Below, in pieces: positions 27,106-39,700 of a DNA stretch of 64,000 nt. The stretch is from NCBI RefSeq assembly GCF_009914755.1, contig NC_060936.1. One strand, written 5' to 3'. A model generated the notes under the pieces. It saw only the letters and a program-made list of their open reading frames with translations, ran no database searches and was not told the origin of the DNA. Position 1 is the first letter of the stretch. Every line of letters begins with the position of its first letter. The DNA is from the human T2T-CHM13v2.0 reference genome, Homo sapiens. The position numbers and the translations under genes are program-made.

Positions 27106-27600
27106 TGTATTAGTCTTCTATTGCTGCTGTTACAAATGACCACACACTGACTGGCTTAAAAGAACATACGTTTATTACCCTACAGTTCTGTAGGTCAAAA
27201 ATCCGACACAGGTCTCACCAGGCTAAAATCAGGGTGTCGGCTGGGATGCACTCCTTTCTGGAAGCTCCAGGAGAGCATCTCTTTCCCATCCCTTTCCAGT
27301 TTCTAGAGGCCACACACTTCTCTTGGCTCAGGGCGCTCATCCCCCACCTTCAAAGCTGGCAACAGTAGGGCAGGTATATTTCACGCTTCAGACTTCTCCT
27401 GCTGCTTCTTTTGTCCTCCGCTCTCTCTCTGGCTGACTGAAGCTGGAAAAGGTTTTCTGCTTGTAAGGACTCCTGTGATTAGACTGGACCTACCTGGGTA
27501 ATCCAGGATAATCTCCCATCTCAAGGTCTTCAACCTTAATCACATCTGCAAAGTCCCTTTGGCCATGTAAGGTAACATATTTACAGGTTCCAGGGATTAT
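27106..27600 (-). mobile_element. MaLR LTR (MLT1D/E-like)
   Basis: tgtattagtcttctattgctgctgttacaaatgaccac...cacatctgcaaagtccctttggccatgtaaggtaacatatttacaggttccagggatt. Confidence 0.85.
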
Positions 27601-27619
27601 TCTACATAATACTACTTGA

Positions 27620-27662
27620 TATTATATATATACATATATATATGTGTATATATATGTGTGTG

Positions 27663-27698
<36 letters not shown>
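27620..27698. repeat. (TA)n/(TG)n microsatellite
   Basis: Direct inspection. Confidence 0.9.
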
Positions 27699-27699
<1 letters not shown>

Positions 27700-27737
27700 T
27701 TCTCCACACACACTACTTTCTCTGAAAATGCTGGAAT

Positions 27738-27836
27738 TGACTCATGTATCATGTATGTATATCTGACTCACATATCATATATGTATATTTGACTCATGTA
27801 TAATGTATGTACCCATGTGTCATGTATGTATATCTC
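27738..27836. repeat. 26-bp minisatellite, about 3.8 copies; the first three units start with TGACTCA
   Basis: Units tgactcatgtatcatgtatgtatatc / tgactcacatatcatatatgtatatt / tgactcatgtataatgtatgta / partial fourth. Confidence 0.85.
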
Positions 27837-28579
27837 CTCACATTTCCAAGAACATTTTATGAATCCTGGTATTTATGTCTGTCACCTCCAGTTCACGGTA
27901 TGCCTCAGGTCTTACTTATCTTCATGTTTCCAGCACATAATTGATGTTTACTGAATAGGTTGTTGACTGTAACAGCAACCAGATGAACTTTTCTGGAAAG
28001 CTATGCCGCCTTTCCTACCCGTCTCTGCGGGAGTGGCCGAGGCTGCAGCAATGTACATGTGGTCCTGGCTGGCAGGCAGCCGCTCCCCGCTCCCCCAGTG
28101 TTGTTGTCCTTGGGTACTTCTCCAAGGCACTTTTTCCTATGTACATGTACAGCTGTTACCCCAGCACCTGGGAAATGTCACACCTCATATCTTTAATTTA
28201 ATTATTCCTCCAACATCCTAGGGAGGTGAGGCAGACTCAGATGCCAGATGCAAAGATGGAGACACAGGGGATCTTGGACTTTTCCACAATCCCCAAAGGG
28301 GGCTTGAGAGGCCAAGAAAGGATACTGCTGGCTTCTTGCTCAGGCTTCCCTTGGGAACCCGCAGCTTTCCTTTCTGCCACCCCCAATCTGTCACACGGTA
28401 ACTGGGTTCAGTGGTGGAAAGACAGACTATGAGGGGGAAAGGCAAAGACATTTTCGAGAAGCCCAGGGGCACTTGTCAGGAACAGCACATCTGGCAGTGC
28501 TTCAGACTAAGGCTGGCCTAGATTCCGTGATGAAATAAACAAACATGGTGGATGCCTGTAACTCATTGAGAGCTGGCTA

Positions 28580-29092
28580 GAGATCTCAAATGACTTCCTA
28601 CTGCTCTTAGGATAAAGTTCCAGAACCTTAACAAACCTTGCATGATCTGGCCTCTGCCTCTCTCACCAACATTTTCCTGGCTCTCAACAGCCCAGCCAAG
28701 CTAGTCATCTTTCAGTTCTTCAAAGTGGCCATGCCCTGTGCTCATGCCTCTTCCTTTCCATGGACCATTTTCCTCCATTCCCTTTCCTATTCTTCCATCT
28801 AGCCAACTCACGGCACACTGCAGGTCTCTGCTTAAAGTCACTTCTTCATGGAGGGCTTTCCAGACACCCTAGGCTAGGTTAGGTTCCCTTGCTATACAGT
28901 CTCATAAAACACATCAAAACTGTAATTAACTAATTAATTATCTGTAGTGATGTGATTACTATTTTAAGGTCAGTCTTTCCTCTTTAGACTATAAACTTCA
29001 TAGGAAACTTATCTTGTTCACCTCTTTATCCTCATAGGATAGCATAGTGGTGGAATAGGGTTGGTACTTGATAAGAATTTATTGAATTAATA
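28580..29092 (+). mobile_element. L2 3' region
   Basis: tgacttcctactgctcttaggataaag...catgatctggcctctgcc...ggtacttgataagaatttattgaatt. Confidence 0.7.
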
Positions 29093-30996
29093 GCTTTCTG
29101 GTAAAATTGCACTGATATGCTAAGGAAGATATTACCGAAGAGATTGGGAAGTGGTGCATTTCCAATTCTACTTCAAGTTCTGAGGCCAAGCACTTCATCT
29201 TAAATTATTTTATTCCCCCAAATTTTATCTCCCTTATTCCTTCTTCCTAAGTACTAGCAATTATTAAACACATGCTCAATGACAGAAGGAAGATAACTAA
29301 TAGTATGCTGTTGAGGGGGTGGAAACTCAAGGAGCAAGCCTGGATCTAGGGTTGGTTTTGTTAATAACCTATGAGACAACTAGCAAGTTATTCAACTTGC
29401 ATGTGCTTCACCTCTAAGCTTGGCTTGTGCCTCTGTACTGTTGCTCTCCAGGCCAGGAAGAGAAGGGCTTCTCCATCTCTGTGCTTAAAGAGGGAGGAGT
29501 GGTGGACGCATAGCTTCCCATGGATGTGCATTGAGAAATCTTAACTTTGCTCCCCAACTTTGTAAAAGGGCAGAGAGAGGCAGCTAATCAAGGGAAGGTG
29601 AACTCAAATGGTTAGGGAAAAGTGGGAAGGCAGCATGAGTGCTCTGAAAAGTTGGAGCTGGTAGGGACCATAGCTTTTGTCTGGTGCTGCAGGTGCATAG
29701 TTTACAGGTGAGGCCCTTGAGGACCAGATAAGCTCAACAGTTCATCCAAGATCAGTGACCAAGCCAGGACTCAGATCCACATCTTTAGATGTCTAAGTCA
29801 GAGCTCTTGTTTCTCTGTCATTTCCATCATCCACTCTGATGGCTTGCACTGGTCAGCTCAGGCTTAAATTCCTGCTTCTGCTGAGTCAGTTCAATTTGTG
29901 GATCTCCTGGACAACCTGTGCATGCCTGGTCTTATCCTCACTGTTACTTCTGGCTGGATGTGACTCCTTCACTCCCACCAAGTGGCATCATCACAAGGCT
30001 AGTGTACAGCTATCTCTAAGTGAAGGCTTAGGGCCATGGAGGGGGTTTCCATTGCAGCATCACAACTTTACTATATAATAGACACCTTGTTCTTCAATGT
30101 TCTTGGGCATTTCCTGCTGGCTGCTGTTCCCAGCAAGAGACAACCCTAAGCTATGTGACACAGGCCTCTCTCTCCCCTCTTCTCTCTCATCTGTCTCTAA
30201 GTTCTAATGCTTTTCTGAGCAAAAGAAATCTAGCTATGTCTTTGATGGTCTCCTTTCAGACTAAGCCCTTGGGGCCCATCTTTTGCACTTGGTTGGCATA
30301 ACAGGGTATTTTCCTAACTAAAGGCAGTTCTCTTCCCTAAATAAACTTTATCTAGTGTCATCTGTGTGTATGTGTGTGTATAAATATATATGGCTCATTT
30401 TTTAAAACATTTTCTTAATTTTTCTTTTTAAGTTATTTTAATGTACGAGATTCTTTTAGAGAAGGATAAAAGCTCAGAGGAAGACCAGGAAGAGAGGAAT
30501 GTCCATGGTCACTCTAGGCAGATGAGGGTAGAAATCTTGGAGACACCTGAAAACCACAGAACCAAGGAAAAGGCAAAGCCCAGATTAAAGGTAGTGTCTG
30601 AAGTGGGTGCTGGTGGTACGGCACATAAGGCCAGGATTTTGGGGTTGGGAGTGGGGTGAGGGGTGGAGTAGCTGAAGCCCCTGAGATGGGGAGTATGTCA
30701 GATGGAGATTGGGAAGGGAGGAGAGGATTCATTGAACCAGTGGACTGGAGTCCCACCCTTACAGCTGTGGCTGCAGCTGCCAGAGACTGACTGCCAATTA
30801 CCATTAAACAGGACCTTGGGAGGCACATCAAAGAGTTCTGGGATTTGGAGGCCTAAATAGAGCACAGAGATTTTGTGAACATGGCCAGGGGTTGGCTGCA
30901 GCAGTGTGAATAGGAGGTGGGGTATGAGAGGATGGGTTGTGGTGGGTATTCAGAGGAGGGTCATGACCATTCAGGGTCTTTATTGCTTCCTTCCAA

Positions 30997-32191
30997 GACA
31001 TGAGTAGGAGAATGAAACTGGATCCTCATCTCTCACCTTATACAAAAATCAATGCAAGATCAATCAGAGACTTAAATCTAAGACCTGAAACTATAAAAAT
31101 TCTAGAAGATAACATTGGAAAAACTCTTCTAGACATTGGCTTAGGCAAAGACTTCCTGACCAAGAACCTAAAAGCAAATGCAACAAAAACAAAGATAAAT
31201 AGGTGGAACTAAAGAGCTTCTGCACATCAAAAGGAACAGTCAGCAGAGTAAACAGACATCCCACAGAGTGGGGGGAAATGTTCACAATCTATACACCTGA
31301 CAAAGGACTAATATTCAGAATCTACAAGGAACTCAAACAAATTAGCAAGGAAAAACAAACAATCCCATCAAAAAGTGGGCTAAGGACATTAATAGACAAT
31401 TCCCAAAAGAAGATATACAAATAGCCACAAACATGAAAAAATGCTCAACATCACTACTGATCAGGGAAATGCAAATCAAAACCACCATGCAATACCACTT
31501 TACCCATTCAAGAATGGCCATAATCAGAAAATCAAAAAATAATAGATGTTGACGTGGATGTGGTGAAAAGGAAACACTTCTTCACTGCTGATGGGAATGT
31601 AAACTAGTACAACCACTGTGGAAAACCGTGTGGAGATTCCTTAAAGAACTAAAAGTAGAACTACCATTTGATCCAGCAATCCCACTACTGCATCTCTACC
31701 CAGAGAAAGGAAGTCATTATACAAAAACATCCTTGCACATGTATATTTATAGCAGCACGTTTCACAATTGCAAAAATATGGAACCAGCCCAAATGCCCAT
31801 CAATCAACAAGTGGATAAAGAAATTGTTGTATATATATGTGATGGACTGTTAGCCATAAAAAGGAATGAATTAATGGCATTCGTAGCAACCTGAATGAAA
31901 CTGGAGACTATTATTCTAAGTGAAGTAACTCAGGAATGGAAAACCAAACATTATATGTTCTCACTTAAAAGTGGGAGCTAAGCTATGAAGATGCAAAGGC
32001 ATAAGAATGATATCATGGACTTTGGAGACTTAGGGGGAAAGGGTGGGAGGGGTATGAGGGATAAAAAACTACAAATTGGATTCAGTGTATACTGCTCAGG
32101 TGGTGGGTGCACCAAAATCTCACAAATCACCATTAAAGAACTTACTCATGTAACCAAATACCACCTGTTCCCCAAAACCCTATAGAAAAAA
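30997..32191 (+). mobile_element. 5'-truncated L1PB (L1PB1-like)
   Basis: ORF2 remnants [14 protein letters not shown]... and [21 protein letters not shown] (frameshifted); L1PB 3'UTR gatgcaaaggcataagaatga...aaataccacctgttccccaaaa; possible TSD agacat. Confidence 0.92.
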
Positions 32192-32329
32192 GAGACATAG
32201 GTCCAGCCCAAATGGGAAATACTCTCATTTGTTTCCAGAAACTCCTTCTGTTCTGTTTCCAGCTGCCTCAGTCCTGGGCAGGGTATGCTACTCAAGAAAT
32301 CACAGAGCCCAAGTCTCTTTCATGTTAAT

Positions 32330-32545
32330 AATTATAATAATAGCTAATATTTAAAATGCCTTACATGTGTTTTGTCATAATACATTTATGAAGAAGGTAT
32401 TATCCCTATTTTACAACTGAGGAGACTGAGACACAGAGAAGTTGGGGAGCTTGTCCAAGATCACACAGCCAGCAAACACTGGAGCTGGGAATCCAACCCT
32501 AGTCTGTTTAGCATCAGAGTCCAAGTACCTAACCACTACACCAGC
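32330..32545 (-). mobile_element. MIR SINE
   Basis: tatccctattttacaactgaggagactgagacacagagaagtt...ccaagatcacacagc...taaccactacac. Confidence 0.8.
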
Positions 32546-32979
32546 GGCCTTTGAGTAGACACTTGAAGAAGCATGAACTGTATGTTATTGTGTTTATGCC
32601 TGGATAAAAGATAACTTAAATATAAGCTACCCCATTTCTCAATCAGAAAAATGGCAAAATAAATAGTTTGATAACTTTGGATGTATAAACTTTTAATCAA
32701 ATATCAACTTGTAATCTTAAGTTAATTATTTATGTAAAAATTATGCAGAGTTGTGCCAGTTAGGGTTCTGAGTTGCAAGGAACAGAAATAGACTCTGGCT
32801 AATGTAAGGGGTAATGAGGGACAGGAGAACCAGGAGACAGAACAGAGCTCGACCCTCGCACAGCTCCCCAACTTCACGTCATGAGGGTGCTGCTGACCAG
32901 GCTTGCACTGCTGTTGCTGGAGATCCCAGACCTTGAACACTGCTGTTGATCCTGATAGCACTGAAGTCAAACACGTATT

Positions 32980-33620
32980 CAGAAAAGTGCATAAACATAA
33001 ATACAGCTCAATGAATTGACACAGAGTAAACACACCCTTACACCCAACACCCATCAAGATACAGAACCTTACCAGCACCCTATATGAAGAATTTCAGTGT
33101 CAACAAATATTTGAAACCATTTCCCAAAGTGGTGTGCCAGTTTATACTTCTACCGACAAGATAGTACCAGGTTTAACCTGGTACTACTCTTGTGTTCATC
33201 TTAGCCATTCTATTGGATTTGTGGTGTTGTCTCATTGTGGTTTTAATTTGAATTTCTCTGATAATTAGTAATGCTGGGAACCTTTTAACATCAAATTGAC
33301 CATTTGATATTCTCTTTTATCTACTTCTTTTCTATTGAATTTCTGCACTTTCCTTATTGCTTTGTACAAGTTCTTTATATATTTTGGATACAAGTCCTTT
33401 GATAGATAACTATTGGAAATATCATCTCCTACTCTGTAGCTTATGTTTTCACTGTCTTATAATATCTTTGAATGAAAGTTCTTAATTTAACATGGTCCAA
33501 TTTATTGATTTTCTTCTCTTTAATGTTAGGGCTTTCAGAATTCTATTTAAGAACTCTTTCCCTACTCCAAGGTCAGGAAGATATTCTTCTCTGTTTCCTT
33601 CCAAAAGCTGTATTATTTTT
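32980..33620 (-). mobile_element. Old L1M (L1ME-like) fragments
   Basis: ttcccaaagtggtgtgccagtttatacttc; gtctcattgtggttttaatttgaatttctctgat, antisense ORF2 3' region. Confidence 0.7.
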
Positions 33621-33919
33621 GCCAGGGCATTGCTTCTGAAAGTGATCTTTAAATGTTTCAATTATGATAATAAACAGTTTCAATTCCTCTGAGAATAATT
33701 ACTAAATCTATGTTAAAATGTTTTGTCCTCTTTTAAATAGATCATGTCAGATTTATGTCAGACTGCATCAGAGCACCAAATACTAGCAATAGTTGAGATC
33801 ATTTAAGGCCAGTGGGCTTTCCCCAAACAATTTTTAGTGTTTGAAATACAGTAATTAAGCAAGAATTTCATGGGTACAGGAGAAACTCTCACTTTATAAT
33901 TGAGTAAAAAAGACATATA

Positions 33920-34480
33920 TTAAGCCCCTTTTGGTTTTAAATGTTAAAAGTTTGACTCCAAGTAGCTTAAGAGGTGAAAAAACAATGAGACAGATGGAAA
34001 TTGACCTGGTTCTAAACCCTAATAACTAGGAAGGATGAGATGGATCTGCTTTCAGGCACAGCTGGATCTAGGTATCAAAACAACATATTAATTAGGGCTC
34101 TGCCTCTGCGTCTCTCTACATCTTTATGTGTGCTTCCCTCTGAGTTTTGGCTTAATTTTGGTGAGGAAGAAAGGAGGCAACTAGCAGCTCTAAATCTATA
34201 TTATGACAATTTACAATCTAGGAGGAGAGATCATTTTCTCTGCATTCACATGATATTACATTTCAGAGAAGGCTTTGATTGGACTTCTTTGTGTGATATG
34301 CTCATCCTTGAACCTGTTACTGTGGTCTTGGAAATGGAATGCTCTAACTGGTCAGCCTGGGTCATACGCCTAGCCTGTGACAATTGAGGGAGGAGGTCAG
34401 GGTTACTGCCATGGATGGGCCACTTTGTGTGGAGGATGGGTAGTTCTTCAGTAGGAAAGTGAAGCAGTATTTTCAAGCAT
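33920..34480 (-). mobile_element. Old MaLR LTR (MLT1J/K-like)
   Basis: ctttcaggcacagctggatctagg; ctttgattgg...atccttgaacc. Confidence 0.45.
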
Positions 34481-36407
34481 GTACTGAAATTTATTTCTGT
34501 TAAATGAAAGTGGCAAGAAAAGGAAGAATCTTTCAGTACCAACCATTTCCCTAGCTTTTCATGGCATTTATGCTTCTTATAGATTTCTATATGGCAGGAG
34601 CTGTGCTAGGTGCTAGGGATACAGACATGAAAAGCCATTTTTATGCCTTTAAGGTCTACACAAACTTTTAGCTGGGTGGAGACATCAAAAGACAAATGCG
34701 AGACAGTGTGACGTTTGCAATATGGAGGCCTATGCACGTTGCAATGGATGCAGCTAGTGGTGTCTAGGGAGTCCCAGATGAGGAACAACTCAAGCCAACT
34801 TTTAAGTAGGTGAAGTTTTCTGGTAAATAAGTAGAGAAAGGTCAAGGGTGCCTTCTAGGCAAAGAGAACAATTTGCAAAGGCAGAGAAGCACAACATAGC
34901 AGGACCCGTCCAATGGAGACCCAAGTTCAGTGCATTCACATAGTCAAGAGCCCTTTGGCATTGCCAGCTCCATCCATGCCAGATGAGGCACAGGTGCTGG
35001 CATTAAAAGGACCAGCAGGGGACGGCATCTTTGGTAGGCAACATTAAGGCCAGTGGAGACTTTAGTCCCTAGAAGTGGTTGCATTTTGGCCACACCAAAA
35101 TGGAGTCCTGTCTAAAGAATCTGTTAAGGGCTTTTGGGAAGAGTGCATGAAAAAACTGAACCCTCCCATAGCTTCTTATCAAAATAAGATGTCCACTGCT
35201 AAGCTTTTGCTACTTAGGGGCACTTTTATGTTTAAGCTAAAATCAGTGCTGCCCCTTTAGTGAGGTCTTTCTCTTCTCCCTCTCTTGTCCCTCCTCCTTG
35301 TGTGTGTGCGTGCACGCCTGCCTGCTCTAGTGTCTTTCTCTCACTTTGAAGGGCTGCCAGTCCTGTGTCATGTTGACAAGGAGAAGACATGCTGGGAAAA
35401 TGTTATAGCTGAGTGGTCCTAAGGGAGATAGCTTTGTGAAATGCCAAGCATGTGGGAAGGACAAAGGTTCTCTGGGCTCTGGAGTGACTAAGCAAGTGTA
35501 AGCTAGGGGCTGCCACCACTGGTGTCTCTCAAACAGCCTTAGTGCTTGTTTCAGAGCAAGCTAAAGGCAGGCAGCCATCATTAGGAAAGGGTGGGGTGAG
35601 GCTTTTTTTAAAATTCAGCCCTGGCTGCCCTGGACTCTGGGGATAATGAGGGAGACTGACATGTGAGTTTAGGCTGAGAGAATCTGCAGCCTTTCATGGG
35701 TCTAGAGAGGGTAGCTTCTCAATGAGAAATGACAAATTTGAATCCTCCAAAGGGCTTTTGAGCTGACTCGGTAGGAGGAGCAGAAGTTGAAGAGAAGGTG
35801 TAAGTTAGTTACATGAAATTTTCAGGACTCCTTTTCCAGTTCCACTTTGGAATGGTCAGTTTGGTTTTTCCAAGACCTTACAAATTTCCAGGAGCAAATG
35901 GACCCAACCATAGGTACTTTTGCAAAACCACAGTGTCTGTGGTTTTTGGGTGGGGATTGGTTGTTTCAGACATTTTTCTGGGTCGTATTGAAACCAAAGA
36001 ATGCAACAGATTGGATTCCATAAGAAGCAATGCTCACGCCTTTTACAGGGGGTGACAAGAAGGCTTTTTCTCTGTATACCATACTTTAGGGGTGATTATA
36101 AGACTACTAAGATGGGTAGTAAAGGGTCATCTCCTATCTCTTTCTCCAAGCAGCATGTCAAATAGAAGGCTTATTAAACAAAGGCCACATCCATCCGTAT
36201 CCCTGCGTCCTAGTTGGGCACGGACACAACCCAAGGCTGCGTCCTTTCCTGGGCTGTTGAAGGAAACAGCCTCAGGAAACTCAGGTGCCATGTAGAAGAC
36301 TATACCATTCATCTTCCAAAACACTGATTTAGGCAGTGATTATTCCCTTTTATTCATACACATTTCCCAATTTCATGAAGCGCCTGATCATGGGAATAGG
36401 GCTGGCC

Positions 36408-36714
36408 TTTTTTTTTTAAATTTTTTTTGAGATGGGGTCTTGCTTTATTGCTGAGGCTGGACTGAAGTGGCATGATCATAGCTCACTGCAGCCTCAAAAT
36501 CCTGGGTTCAAGGGATCTTCCTGCTTCACCCTCCTTAGCAGCTAGAACTACAGACATGTGCCACCATGCCCAGCTAATTAAAAAAAAATTTATGGAGACT
36601 GCATCTTGCTATGTTTCAAACTCCAGGCTTGTCTCAAACTCCTGGCCTCAAGAAACCTTCCTTCCTCAGTCTCCCAAGTAGCCAGGACTACAGGTGCAAG
36701 CCACTGTACCTGGC
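36408..36714 (-). mobile_element. AluJ (old, with FLAM_A-like left arm)
   Basis: catgatcatagctcactgcagcctcaaa J features; dimer with linker. Confidence 0.9.
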
Positions 36715-39700
36715 AGACAATGTACATTTTCTAATATTTCATTTATTCATTCAGTCAGTCAGGTATTGAACATACTATAAGAGCTTATGTTCCATGCTTT
36801 GGGGGCATTCAAAAAGCAGCGATACATGATTGCTTTCTTTAGGAATCTCACAGAGTCACAGGGGAAAGAAGATATGTAGACAAATAAGGGTAATTCAATA
36901 TAAAAGGTAATGAGCATCATAACAAAGGTTTAAAGGGCTGTGCATGCCACATCTCATTGGCTACAATCAAACTATGGCTACCCTAAGCAAAAAGAGATTT
37001 ATTAGGATCCTGAGATAACTCAAAGACTAAGAGCTTCAGAAAGACAGAAATAAGGACAATGCCTGGGAACCCCAGATATTGACTTAATTTTTTGGATGCT
37101 GCCTGAAGCTCCAATCACATTTCATCTTGCTCTCCTTTCTGTTCCATTTAGGCCAGCTTGCACCAATCCCTGTCTCTTTCTTATAGTATCCTACTGGAGG
37201 CTTCCAGAAGTAGCCAAGAAACTCTAGGATCCTAGAGGAAGGTAGCTCATCTCATCAGCTCAGACTATCTCACATTTTAGGAGCAGTCACTTTCTAGTGT
37301 TGGTATCAAGACAATCTGTGCAAACTACAATGCTTGGCTTAGCCTGGATCAGTGCTGCTTCTTGGCCTGAGGGTGGAGGGGGAATCTGTTAGAAGGAGAA
37401 AAGTTGGAGGGAAGGTACTCAGCAGAAAAGGACATCAAGCTGTCACCTGCTATTGAAAGATACTCAAAGACGGAAGGTTATATCTAGATGGTGGAATCAG
37501 AGGAAGCTTCAAGAGACAGCTGGAATTTAGGCTGGATTTTTGAAGTAGGAAGCTTTTGGGGAGTCTGCCTAGATCACGTCCTGCTTCTGTGAGAACGTTG
37601 GCCTCTCAGCAATGCACAGAAGCACTGCCAAGTTGTACTAGAGGCTCCCACTCCTTGGCCATGACTGGCTGGAGGGGAGTTAAACAGCTGAGAGGCAGTG
37701 CAGTGGGCAAGTTGACCTGCTTTACCATACACTGGGAATTGAGATACACTGTGGGTGCTAGTCAGTTGGTTAGTGGGCTTGAAGCTGGGAAAACACGTAG
37801 GAGCCTGAGGTGGCCATGAGAAAGTGGAGACTGAAAACAACAGAGCATCCTCAGGGGAGAAAGTAGAGATAGCATATTTGATTAGTGAGGAAGGAAGGGA
37901 GGAGGAGAGAGGGAGAGAAATGAATCATTGCTCCCTAGGGCTTCCCAGTTTCTTTTTCTGGTCTCTTCTAAGGTCTGGGTGTACTTGGTGCTTTTGGTCT
38001 TCATGAGATATTCTTCTGTCTTTCCAATCAGTTCCTTTTGGGTCAATTTCTGCCTCTTATTATCCTTGGACAGTGGGATGTGGACCTGCAGAGATGGGTG
38101 AAGAGGTGAGGAAGACATGACAGGCAGTTTGAAAAAAGTCTAAAGTTGGGTGAGTGTGGGACTTAAAGGGCAGTAAGAATAGTTCATCTTGACTTGTTCA
38201 TTTTATAGACAAAGCCCTAAAAGATGGGAACGTAGGTAAAGCCAGATTGTGAAAACCAACGAATCTGGAAGTGAATTGGGATTTAGGGTTGAGCTATTGA
38301 ATTTTTGAGCTGGAGAATGAGATGCTCTGACCTAGTCTTTGGAAGATCACAATGAATGGACACCACCTTTGTATCCAAAGAGGGTGCAAAACTTCTGCTT
38401 TCCTGGGAGAGGGGAAGGAAATCCCTTCTGTGCCTCATTTTCATAAGATCTGCCCTGGGACAGCTTGTTGCATGCTGGATATATACCCCTTCCCTACTTT
38501 ATGGTGGGTAGCACCCAACACAGAATCTGAGATCCTTCTACTCTATTTTCCAGATCAGTTGCCTAAACTGGGTGTGGGGGTATAAAAATAGGAATTTTTC
38601 CAGCTTGAATGGTCAAAATCTTTAAAGAGATCTATTATCAATATCTCTTATCTACGAAAAGCAGATTATATAAAATCATGCATTCTGAGATTTTTCTGGT
38701 TTTGAGGATATCATTTGGATGACCCTGAAAATGCAGAGAGAGGCTGTCTAACCATGGAGGTTGTTTATCGTTAATTTTTAATACTACTTGCACAGAAAAA
38801 CATTTTCATGTTCACACCCAAGATCGTTCAGCTATGGAAAAGAAGGAAGGTGGCGGATCTGCAGTCTTGACTTTGTGACTATCCTGTTTGTCACTGCATG
38901 CTCACTCACTTTGATGAGTCCTCTGTGATAGGAAGAGAGAAATAAGGAGTACAGGAAAAGTGAGTATCAACTAATTTAGCCTCTAGCCTGCTGTCAGCAG
39001 TGATGGCTATTAACCAGGTTAGAAAGCAGAGATGATTGCAAGTAAAAAGTATTGCTAAAGGCAGGTGGAAGAGCCTAGGCATGGCCTAGTTAGGCCAGTA
39101 TGTTCTGGGGAAGCTGTGATGGGCCTAGAGGAGCCTCTTTAGTTTGAGGTGGGGGGTTCCACACAGATAGGATAAGAAGGAGTAAGCCAGGGCAACGGAG
39201 GTCACGCTCATCCCTACTGCTGCTTGCCGGCCTCACAGCAGTTCTGGCCAATTAGGCTGGGCTTCTCCCTACCTCTCCTGCTTGCCAGTGCTGCTAATGG
39301 TGGTGAGGTCAAGAGGGCATACCTCACTTCAACATCCTCTTCATTGCCTGAGTCTACTTACTAACAGGCAGCTCTGCAGCTGACACTTCTCGCAGTATAG
39401 GTAGAGGTAGCTGTGGGGAGGGAACACTCCCAAAAGGCACATGGAGAGAGGTTAAAACTGGAAATGCTGGCAAAATACAGAGGATTAAGGGAGAGCAAGG
39501 GGTCCATTTATTTTTGCCCATGTTGTGTGGAAATAAGGCCTTGCCAAGGCACAAGGGTAGGTACCCTTGCTCTGGTCTCAGCCCCATGGCCTGTGAAATA
39601 TGCAGCTTGGAACAGAAGGTCTTATGGCCCCTTCTAATGCATGTGTGTGTGATTCTGGGGATCTCTGACCTCACTGGGGTTCATTCTCCATGGCTTGCAG

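Noticed and set aside
27738-27836. CRISPR-like interpretation of the short repeats (also 63889-63952)
   Set aside because: Tandem units without unique spacers, or only two copies; eukaryotic context and no cas genes
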